Of a stretch of DNA of 25,881 bases, positions 1 to 7,366 are shown in pieces (the first letter of the stretch is position 1; each line of letters starts with the position of its first letter). Source of the stretch: Candidatus Coprovivens sp. (lineage in GTDB: Bacteria > Bacillota_I > Bacilli_A > RF39 > UBA660); NCBI GenBank assembly GCA_051892935.1, contig JBJFGS010000014.1:1-25881 (forward strand), read 5' to 3'. A program made the position numbers and the translations under genes. Under the pieces are notes generated by a model, which was not told where the DNA came from, made no database searches, and worked only from the letters and a program-made list of their open reading frames with translations.

Positions 1-406
1 TTTTCATTAATTCGTCAATTTTAGCTTCTTTTTCTTGTAAATCTTTTTGTTTATTAAGTAAATTATTATCTTTTTGATCTAACATTGCATCTCTATTATT
101 TAAAAGTTCTTCTCGTTTATCAATATTCTTTTCACGTTGCAATAATCTATCCTCAGAATCTTTTAATTCATTTTTTTTCTCTTTAATCTCTTTCTCAGTT
201 TCTTTTTTTAAACGATAAGACTCTTCTTTTATTTCAAGAAGTGCATCTCTTTTTTGCTTTTCAGCATCTTTTTTTGCTTGATCAATTATTTTTGTTGCTT
301 TATTTTCCATTCTTTTTCCACGGAAATAACCAACAACTAGAATTATAATAACACCTAAAACAATCCCCACAAGAAGTGCTAAAATGGCCATTAAAATTTT
401 GTCCAT
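1..406 (-). CDS. rny: Ribonuclease Y, N-terminal part (runs off the window start)
   Basis: Not in the ORF track. Manual translation from ATG at 406 (RBS GGAGG at 413-417): MDKILMAILALLVGIVLGVIIILVVGYFRGKRMENKATKIIDQAKKDAEKQKRDALLEIKEESYRLKKETEKEIKEKKNELKDSEDRLLQREKNIDKREE. This is one TM helix plus the typical RNase Y coiled coil, and it lies downstream of recA as in other Bacilli. Confidence 0.9.
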   Translation of the reverse strand, partial: MDKILMAILALLVGIVLGVIIILVVGYFRGKRMENKATKIIDQAKKDAEKQKRDALLEIKEESYRLKKETEKEIKEKKNELKDSEDRLLQREKNIDKREELLNNRDAMLDQKDNNLLNKQKDLQEKEAKIDELMK

Positions 407-467
407 TTCATACCTCCAAAAATCTATTTTATAGAAAAATTATAACAATCTAATCATCTATAAACTT

Positions 468-496
468 ATTATAAAAAAAATTACATACTTTTTCAA
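468..496 (-). promoter_or_regulatory. SigA-type promoter for rny
   Basis: TTGAAA (496-491), 17-nt spacer, TATAAT (473-468). Confidence 0.7.
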
Positions 497-575
497 GGAA
501 AAAGAAAAAAGCTTTATTATTTACCAGTTTTTTTTAACACTTAAAAATATCATTATAATTCTTTTTAAAAAACAT

Positions 576-3314
576 TTATTTATTTTTTATTTCACAATAT
601 TGTAATGCTAATTTTCTCACTTCTTGCCTATTTTTACCATATTGATTAATAACTTCTATAGTAGCATCCATTTCTTTTCTAGCTCTAGGATCATCATCTA
701 AACAATCATAATGTAGCCCACAATAATCAACAATCACATACCAATCTTCGTTAAAAAATATTGCATCATAATAACCAAGCCTAGTTTTTTCAAAAAACTC
801 CTTATTTTTACCTTCATCTAAAAACTTAGTATACCTAATACTATCTATAATTCTCTGAGCCTTTCTTTGTAACAATACATTTTCACTATCATATAAACAA
901 GCCATTATTTCTTTTCGAGGATCTAAATACTTTTGTTTAACCTCACCATACCTTAACCCACGCAAGTTAACATCACCATCTTCATAAATAATAAATAATT
1001 TTTTATGATAACAATCAGTATTACTATATAATGAATCTTTTTTTTCATATATCGTAGGCGTTGGTACTGTACTAGGCCAAAATTCTCCATCAGGTTTACG
1101 AGAAGAAGAACTACCTATAGTAGCAACTTTAATACAAGCATTTTTTTCAGTAATCTTACTTACCTTACATATTTCTTCTATTCCAACTTTAAACGCTTCA
1201 GTCATAGGAACAATCGAACTATCTTCTTTATCAATCGCTTCTATACTATTAGCAATTAATACTTCTCCATTTCTCTTTAATGGTGAAAAAGAAGCAATAG
1301 TTCCATCAGGTTTATAAGTAAGTAAAATTCTGCCATTCTCACATAACAAAGCATGCAATAAATGATTATGAGCTATATCTTTAGTTCTAATGCAACATCC
1401 TGCTCTATAACCAAGTACAAAAGCTATAGCAGATTCATGCCTCATCACTTCATACCCCCAATCGCTAGATAATATACCTTTAACATAAGGGATAGAACAA
1501 ACAGTTCTTCTAACTTGTTTTCTATGAATTGTACACATTTCATCGTATACTTCCTCATTAGAATAATGAGTTTTATTACCTAAACCGGCTTCGTATAATA
1601 TTTTTTCCAATCTATAACAATCTGGTTCTAAATCATATCTTACCGTATTAACTTGTTCTTTTAAAATAGTTTCAGCCTGAATTAAATTAACATGTCCCTT
1701 ACATAAATCTTTTATCATATCAAAATTATTATATAAATAATACCAACTTGAATGTATTGCTGTATCTTCATCAAATAAAGAATCAATATTATTAGCAGCA
1801 AACATAAACCTATTAAAATCTTCATGATACACAGGCAAGTATTTTTTACCTTCTGCTTTCATTTCAACTTTAGACACATTCAATTTACTAACATTATCTA
1901 AAAACACTTTATTTATCGGATATTTACCACTCAATAGTTCAATACTTCTTTCTAAACCAAACACTAAATACATCTTAATAGCTTTTGAATAAGAATCAGA
2001 TAATTCATCTTGTTCAGGATCATATAATAATTGAACTATTTTATTAATATGTTTAACATTAATCTTCATTAATTGTCTTACATCTATACCATACAAGTAA
2101 TCCATATTTCTTGCAGTCAAATTAAATCTTAAAAAGAATACACTTTTTAAATCATTAGGGTAACTAAATAAATCACAAATTGTATCTTCAGTAGCATATA
2201 CTAGTGCATTTTTTAAAGATATTAACAAAGCTCTTTTTTCCAAAGAACTAAATTCAGTGTTAAATAAAACCCCATATAAATATTCAAGCATTTGATCTTC
2301 ATATAATGTATTACCTATAGATTTATCAATAACAATTTTAAACAATGATCTTTGAATAGGAACATCCAAGTGAGAAGTATCTAAATATTTCTTACTAAAA
2401 ATAGTTCCATCTTTAAAAGAATCTTCTATTAAATCTCCTAACAAATCATATATTAATTTTTGATCAACAACTCCATTAGTATCAGATTTTAATACATTTA
2501 ACTCTTGCAAATTTAATAGCTTTAAAGATTCAATTGTAAAATTAATTTTCATTTTTTTATTACTTAAACTATATAACTTGCTATGTAACATCGATGCAAG
2601 AGTTTTCTTATCATCGCCATAAAACCAAGTTGAAAAACTCGTAGAAGGCAAAAATAGATTTTTTGCATCTGGTGATAATAACAACTTAGAACAATTATTA
2701 TTAATTTGTTGCAACCATAAACATTTACTATGAGAATCTGCTAATCTATATATATTTGATTTAATCACTTCATTAAACAATTTTTCAACATCAAACATAG
2801 TATAAAAAGAATCAGGTACTTTTTTACTACATAAAAGTATCATATAAAAATATTGATTATAATATAATTGTTCTTTTATATTTTGACTTTTAATATATCT
2901 TAATAAAACTTCCAATGCTCTAAGTTTAACCGGATTATAATAAAATTTTCCCTGTTTAGATTTTTTAGCTAAATCTTGCATACTAAAAAATTTTTTATTA
3001 ATGATAATTTCATTTAACTCCTGATCACTAGTAGTACCCAAACCTAATAATATCTTTTGAATATTCTTATTAAACCATATTTTTTCTTGTACTTCAGCAG
3101 GAACCGCTCTAAAAACTGATGCCATCGCATCATAATCAGTAACTACTTCTAATTTTTTTAATATATCATCACTAAATAATTCAAAGACTTCCTCAGCATT
3201 AAATCCTTTCAACATTTTAGTAAACTTAGAACCACCAAAATGAGTTGAACTTTTACTTAAATAATCTTTCATTTCTTGTATTTTAGTATCATCTTTAAAA
3301 ACTACATCAACCAT
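576..3314 (-). CDS. Large hypothetical protein (912 aa) with a motif-rich C-terminal domain (LGYRAGCCIR...NGRIL...RNGEVLIANSIE)
   Basis: Long ORF. The start is moved from TTG 3326 to ATG 3314 because GAGGG lies 5 nt upstream. No signal peptide or TM helix is evident. Function not recognised with certainty. Confidence 0.85.
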   Translation of the reverse strand: MVDVVFKDDTKIQEMKDYLSKSSTHFGGSKFTKMLKGFNAEEVFELFSDDILKKLEVVTDYDAMASVFRAVPAEVQEKIWFNKNIQKILLGLGTTSDQELNEIIINKKFFSMQDLAKKSKQGKFYYNPVKLRALEVLLRYIKSQNIKEQLYYNQYFYMILLCSKKVPDSFYTMFDVEKLFNEVIKSNIYRLADSHSKCLWLQQINNNCSKLLLSPDAKNLFLPSTSFSTWFYGDDKKTLASMLHSKLYSLSNKKMKINFTIESLKLLNLQELNVLKSDTNGVVDQKLIYDLLGDLIEDSFKDGTIFSKKYLDTSHLDVPIQRSLFKIVIDKSIGNTLYEDQMLEYLYGVLFNTEFSSLEKRALLISLKNALVYATEDTICDLFSYPNDLKSVFFLRFNLTARNMDYLYGIDVRQLMKINVKHINKIVQLLYDPEQDELSDSYSKAIKMYLVFGLERSIELLSGKYPINKVFLDNVSKLNVSKVEMKAEGKKYLPVYHEDFNRFMFAANNIDSLFDEDTAIHSSWYYLYNNFDMIKDLCKGHVNLIQAETILKEQVNTVRYDLEPDCYRLEKILYEAGLGNKTHYSNEEVYDEMCTIHRKQVRRTVCSIPYVKGILSSDWGYEVMRHESAIAFVLGYRAGCCIRTKDIAHNHLLHALLCENGRILLTYKPDGTIASFSPLKRNGEVLIANSIEAIDKEDSSIVPMTEAFKVGIEEICKVSKITEKNACIKVATIGSSSSRKPDGEFWPSTVPTPTIYEKKDSLYSNTDCYHKKLFIIYEDGDVNLRGLRYGEVKQKYLDPRKEIMACLYDSENVLLQRKAQRIIDSIRYTKFLDEGKNKEFFEKTRLGYYDAIFFNEDWYVIVDYCGLHYDCLDDDPRARKEMDATIEVINQYGKNRQEVRKLALQYCEIKNK

Positions 3315-3356
3315 AATATCCCTCAATCGTAAGATATTCTAGCATAATAAATATAC

Positions 3357-3384
3357 AAAAAAAAGAAAAAGATAACTTTTTCTT
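3357..3384 (-). terminator. Intrinsic terminator of recA
   Basis: AAGAAAAAG-ttat-CTTTTTCTT hairpin followed by a T-run; overlaps the recA stop codon; A/T-rich, so probably weak. Confidence 0.6.
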
Positions 3385-4483
3385 ATTCAATAACTTCGCC
3401 AGTTTCAGGATCAATTTCAACTTCAGTAGAATTATCTTCCACTTTTATAGTAGTTGTTTTCTTCGATGCCTTAGGTTTCTTCATATTACCTACTATATCA
3501 TAATGCTCACGTATTTTATACTCCAACTCATCCCTTAATTCAGGATTATCTTTAAGCATAGCTTTAACATTTTCTTTTCCTTGACCAACTTTTTCTCCAT
3601 TATAAGAATACCAAGCACCACTTTTTTCTAATGCACCTATCTCAGTTGCTAAATCAACTATTTCTCCTTCTTTGGAAACTCCCTCACCATACATAATATC
3701 AAGAGTAGCTGTTCTAAAAGGTGGAGCAACTTTATTCTTTACAACCTTGACATTAGTTTTATTTCCAATAACTTTATCTCCTTGTTTTATTTGTTCAGCT
3801 CTCCTAACTTCCAATCTAATTGAAGAATAGAATTTTAAAGCTCTACCTCCAGGTGTAGTTTCAGGATTTCCAAACATTACTCCTACTTTTTCTCTTAATT
3901 GATTAATAAATATAGCAGTAGTTTTAGTTTTATTTAAAGTACCAGACAACTTTCTTAAAGCCTGACTCATCAACCTAGCTTGTAGACCAACATGAGCATC
4001 TCCCATTTCGCCTTCAATTTCAGCCTGCGGTACCAAAGCAGCAACTGAATCAATAACCACTAGGTCAATAATTTCACTTCTAACCAAAGCCTCACATATA
4101 TCTAAAGCTTGTTCACCAGTATCAGGCTGTGACAATAATAACTGATCCAAATCAACTCCTAAATTCTGTGCATATACAGGATCTAATGCATGCTCAGCAT
4201 CAATAAAAGCCGCTCTACCTCCAGCTTTTTGTATTTCTGCTATAGCATGTAATGCAAAAGTAGTCTTACCAGAAGACTCTGGACCATATATTTCAATAAT
4301 TCTTCCTTTTGGATAACCACCAGCTCCTAAGGCAATATCAAGAGTAATAGAGCCCGAAGAAGTGGTTTCAATGTTTAGATGAGCATCAGAACCAAGTCTC
4401 ATAACTGAACCTTTACCAAATTGCTTTTCAATATCAGCTAGAACTTGTTCCAAAGCTTTATCTTTTTCTTTATCTGTTTTCAT
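3383..4483 (-). CDS. recA: Recombinase RecA
   Basis: [16 protein letters not shown] Walker [10 protein letters not shown] Walker [29 protein letters not shown] signature. Confidence 0.99.
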   Translation of the reverse strand: MKTDKEKDKALEQVLADIEKQFGKGSVMRLGSDAHLNIETTSSGSITLDIALGAGGYPKGRIIEIYGPESSGKTTFALHAIAEIQKAGGRAAFIDAEHALDPVYAQNLGVDLDQLLLSQPDTGEQALDICEALVRSEIIDLVVIDSVAALVPQAEIEGEMGDAHVGLQARLMSQALRKLSGTLNKTKTTAIFINQLREKVGVMFGNPETTPGGRALKFYSSIRLEVRRAEQIKQGDKVIGNKTNVKVVKNKVAPPFRTATLDIMYGEGVSKEGEIVDLATEIGALEKSGAWYSYNGEKVGQGKENVKAMLKDNPELRDELEYKIREHYDIVGNMKKPKASKKTTTIKVEDNSTEVEIDPETGEVIE

Positions 4484-4519
4484 TTATTCTTGTCCTCCCA
4501 CGTTTTTTATGACACCTTA

Positions 4520-4549
4520 ATTTTATAACACATTTACCATAGTTGTCAA
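4520..4549 (-). promoter_or_regulatory. SigA-type promoter for recA
   Basis: TTGACA (4549-4544), followed by TGtTATAAA (16-nt spacer) or TAAAAT (18-nt spacer). Confidence 0.7.
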
Positions 4550-4557
4550 CACATTTT

Positions 4558-4571
4558 CGAACATTTGTTTT
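4558..4571. promoter_or_regulatory. LexA (SOS/Cheo) box upstream of recA
   Basis: CGAAC-ATTT-GTTTT closely matches the Firmicutes consensus CGAAC-N4-GTTYG and sits just upstream of the recA -35. Confidence 0.75.
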
Positions 4572-4590
4572 TGTTGCTTATTTTTCCAAC

Positions 4591-4630
4591 AAAAAAAGAA
4601 TTTCAAATAATTAAATAATTGAAATTCTTT
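4591..4630 (-). terminator. Intrinsic terminator after pgsA
   Basis: 12-bp inverted repeat AAAGAATTTCAA...TTGAAATTCTTT plus T-tail, 5 nt after the stop codon. Confidence 0.7.
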
Positions 4631-4634
4631 AAAA

Positions 4635-5264
4635 TTACATTTCTGAAAATATAAAATCTTTATTTGCTAAATAATACTGACAAGCAGACACCACGCTCAT
4701 TATAGTAGCTATAAATATAAATAGATAATCTATTCTAATACCACCACCAATAAAAGCAAAAGGCATATTATAGAAGAATACTAAAGTAACTCCTATCATC
4801 ATACAAATAGTTTTAATTTTTCCAGGCCAACTAGCAGCAACAACTTTTCCCTTACTTCCAGATACCATTTTAATAGAATCAACAACGATATCTCTAGTAA
4901 CAATTATAACAGGTACTATCAAAGGTATCATCCTATTATAAGCTAAAATAATCAATACACCATTTACTAATACTTTATCAGCTATAGCATCCATAACTTT
5001 GCCAAAATCGGTTACAATATTATTCTTTCTAGCTATGTATCCGTCTAAAAAATCTGTAACAGAACCAACGGCAAACAATATACCGCAAATAATGTATTTC
5101 AAATCAACATTCTCAACACTTAAAACACTATATACAGGAAATTTAACTCCCATAGAATTCCAAGGTAAACATAGCATAACTAATACTACAAAAGAAATAA
5201 ATAATCTAACACAAGTAATCTTATTAGGTAAATTCATACCCTTCTTCTTTACACTTTTTTCCAT
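4635..5264 (-). CDS. pgsA: CDP-diacylglycerol--glycerol-3-phosphate 3-phosphatidyltransferase
   Basis: MNLPNKIT..R and TDFLDGYIARK...TDFGKVMDAIADK (CDP-alcohol phosphotransferase motif); rodZ-pgsA-recA synteny. Start moved to ATG 5264 (RBS AAGGTG). Confidence 0.95.
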   Translation of the reverse strand: MEKSVKKKGMNLPNKITCVRLFISFVVLVMLCLPWNSMGVKFPVYSVLSVENVDLKYIICGILFAVGSVTDFLDGYIARKNNIVTDFGKVMDAIADKVLVNGVLIILAYNRMIPLIVPVIIVTRDIVVDSIKMVSGSKGKVVAASWPGKIKTICMMIGVTLVFFYNMPFAFIGGGIRIDYLFIFIATIMSVVSACQYYLANKDFIFSEM

Positions 5265-5273
5265 AAACACACC

Positions 5274-5756
5274 TTATCTACTACTATCAACGTAGCTAAT
5301 CATATTTGTAGCCATATTATCAACAGCAATCTGATTAATAGACCATAACACAACCAGTATAATTAAAATAGCCAAAAGAACAAATAATGCAATAACTAAT
5401 ATATTATTATTTTTCTTGGTTGATGTTGTATAAGGAGATACTATTTTATTATCTAATATCTCATCTTTTTTTTGTTCCTTCATTGCTTTTTCGATATCTT
5501 CAAGCGGTATCTTTGAAGTATAATCAAATAAATACTCATTAAACTCATCAATTATTTTTTCAGGTTCTAAACCTAAATACTTAGCATAATCATAAATATA
5601 ATCTTTAAGAACGAAGATATCTTTAAAACACCCAATATTTCCATCTTCAATATTTTCCAATATTAGCGTCTTAATCTCTAAATCACCACTGGCCTCTTCT
5701 AAACTTACCCCTGATTCCTCACGAGTTGTACGCAAGAGCTCGCCAATTTCATTCAA
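5274..5756 (-). CDS. rodZ: RodZ-like helix-turn-helix membrane protein (short form)
   Basis: IGELLRTTRE..GVSLEE...LENIEDGN...YAKYLGL HTH, one C-terminal TM helix, located upstream of pgsA; TTG start with RBS AAGGAG. Confidence 0.75.
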   Translation of the reverse strand: MNEIGELLRTTREESGVSLEEASGDLEIKTLILENIEDGNIGCFKDIFVLKDYIYDYAKYLGLEPEKIIDEFNEYLFDYTSKIPLEDIEKAMKEQKKDEILDNKIVSPYTTSTKKNNNILVIALFVLLAILIILVVLWSINQIAVDNMATNMISYVDSSR

Positions 5757-5790
5757 GATTGTTCACTCCTTTTCTTTGAAATAAATAAAA

Positions 5791-6141
5791 AATAAAACTT
5801 TTAATAAGCCACGTTCTGTACCCATAAAGGGCAGCAAATATTTATCTACCTATAAGGTCCTTTGCATCGTTGAATTCCTAGCAAAGACTCCCCTACCAAA
5901 ATTTGGGTTTCTCACTTGCGGGGTTTACCACGTTCCACCCTAGAAATTACTTTCTAGACTCGTCTCTTTGGCACTTTTATATCTAATCTAATCCCAATAG
6001 GACTATTTCGAAGCCGTTAGTACAAAGTACTACCTAAGGTTATTTTTTCCCTTAGCACAAACACTACAATCATCTCAGATTGTGTGAGCTTGGACTTTCC
6101 TCTACATAACGAATATGCAGCATTTGCTACTAAATTTTATT
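5791..6141 (-). ncRNA. rnpB: RNase P RNA, type B
   Basis: The minus strand carries GAGGAAAGTCC (P4 5'), CTGAGATG, AAGTGCC, GTGGAACG, GGTAAACCCC, GAAACCCAAATTTTGGTAGGGG and ACAGAACGTGGCTTA (P4 3'). A P1-like pair AATAAAATTT/AAGTTTTATT closes the ends. It lies directly downstream of gpsB as in Bacillus. Ends are approximate. Confidence 0.95.
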
Positions 6142-6146
6142 AATTA

Positions 6147-6479
6147 TTACTCTTCATTTTTACCATAGACAACTTTCTCAAGTTGACTCAATCTTCTAAG
6201 AAGGTCTACATTACTAACTGAACTATTAGAAGATGATCCTTCAGCAGCTTCAATATTAGCTCTTATTCTACGAAGTTCATTCTTCAACTTAGTATTTTCG
6301 TCATTAACATAAGCGATTTCCTTTTTTAAACGCTTAATTTCAGTGATAAACTCATTATAATCATTTATAACTAAATCTAAAAATTTATCTACTTCTTGAG
6401 GTCTATATCCTCTTGCATCAATTTTAAATTCCTTATCCAAAATCTCTTGTGGAGTAAGTGTTACTTTATCATTATACAT
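6147..6479 (-). CDS. gpsB: Cell division regulator GpsB (DivIVA domain)
   Basis: LTPQEILDKEFK..RGY...EVDKFLD N-domain, coiled coil, and C-terminal NVDLLRRLSQLEKVVYG motif; next to rnpB. Start moved to ATG 6479 (RBS GAAGGGTGA). Confidence 0.93.
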   Translation of the reverse strand: MYNDKVTLTPQEILDKEFKIDARGYRPQEVDKFLDLVINDYNEFITEIKRLKKEIAYVNDENTKLKNELRRIRANIEAAEGSSSNSSVSNVDLLRRLSQLEKVVYGKNEE

Positions 6480-6506
6480 AAACAAATCACCCTTCTTATG
6501 ACATAA

Positions 6507-6535
6507 ATTATATATCTATATACCTTTATTGTCAA
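6507..6535 (-). promoter_or_regulatory. Perfect-consensus SigA promoter for gpsB-rnpB
   Basis: TTGACA (6535-6530), 17-nt spacer, TATAAT (6512-6507). Confidence 0.85.
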
Positions 6536-6617
6536 GGTTGCGAGCCTCCGCATATATATCTCTTTGAACTTCGTTTACCATTTCTATCATTTCTTGTAAA
6601 AAATAACTAACTCGCAT
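6516..6617 (-). CDS. Putative 33-aa small protein MRVSYFLQEMIEMVNEVQRDIYAEARNLDNKGI
   Basis: Not in the ORF track. ATG at 6617 with strong RBS GAAAGGGTGA 6 nt upstream; TAG at 6518-6516. Confidence 0.5.
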   Translation of the reverse strand: MRVSYFLQEMIEMVNEVQRDIYAEARNLDNKGI

Positions 6618-6790
6618 AATAAATCACCCTTTCATCAATATATTACAAGAAAAAAACAAAGTATTCATTAATTTAGACAAAAATAGAAAAAACATTTTCA
6701 CTTTATAATATGCAAAATTCACGTAAAATAGCATAACATAACATTCCGTAACACTATATTTTATACCTATTATATAGTATAATTAATTAG

Positions 6791-7363
6791 GTGATTAATG
6801 TGCAATATCCAAATAACATCCAAAAAAACTATACGAAATTAACAATATCACATAGTAATCGTGGAATGAACTTAGAAAATGCACTTAATATAAGTAACGA
6901 ATATTACTTACAGCAAGACAAAGCCTTAATATATAAAAAGCCTACTCCGATAGGTGTGGTAGACGTTTCTTATAAAAATCACAAAAAAATAATAGAAAAA
7001 GCTTATTTTAAAGAACAATCAACCTTAGATTATAATGGATTATATCGTGGTAAATATATTGAATTCGATGCTAAAGAAACTCAAAATAAAACAGCTTTCC
7101 CACTATCGAACATTCATGAACATCAAACAAAACAAATAAGAGACGTTATAAAACATGGTGGAATAGTCTTTTTAATAATAAGAATGAATAATATAAACTA
7201 TCTCCTAACTGGAGAAGATTACATTTACTTCATTGACAATACAACAAGAAAATCTATTGATTATTCCTATATACAAAAAAAAGCTCATATAATAAAAGAA
7301 AGCTATCGACCACAATTAGACTATTTAAAAACTATTGATGAAATATACTTTAAAGGAGAATAA
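6791..7363 (+). CDS. recU: Holliday junction resolvase RecU
   Basis: YPN...NRGMNLE, KKPTP, STLDYNGLYRGKYIEFDAKET and NIHEHQ motifs; upstream of ponA. The true start may be GTG 6800 (RBS AGGTGA). Confidence 0.96.
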   Translation: MINVQYPNNIQKNYTKLTISHSNRGMNLENALNISNEYYLQQDKALIYKKPTPIGVVDVSYKNHKKIIEKAYFKEQSTLDYNGLYRGKYIEFDAKETQNKTAFPLSNIHEHQTKQIRDVIKHGGIVFLIIRMNNINYLLTGEDYIYFIDNTTRKSIDYSYIQKKAHIIKESYRPQLDYLKTIDEIYFKGE

Positions 7364-7366
7364 AAA

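Noticed and set aside
576-3356. The 912-aa gene as a mobile element
   Set aside because: No transposase or integrase motifs, terminal inverted repeats or target-site duplication could be seen.
4999-5295. 98-aa plus-strand ORF
   Set aside because: Antisense to pgsA, with no independent support.
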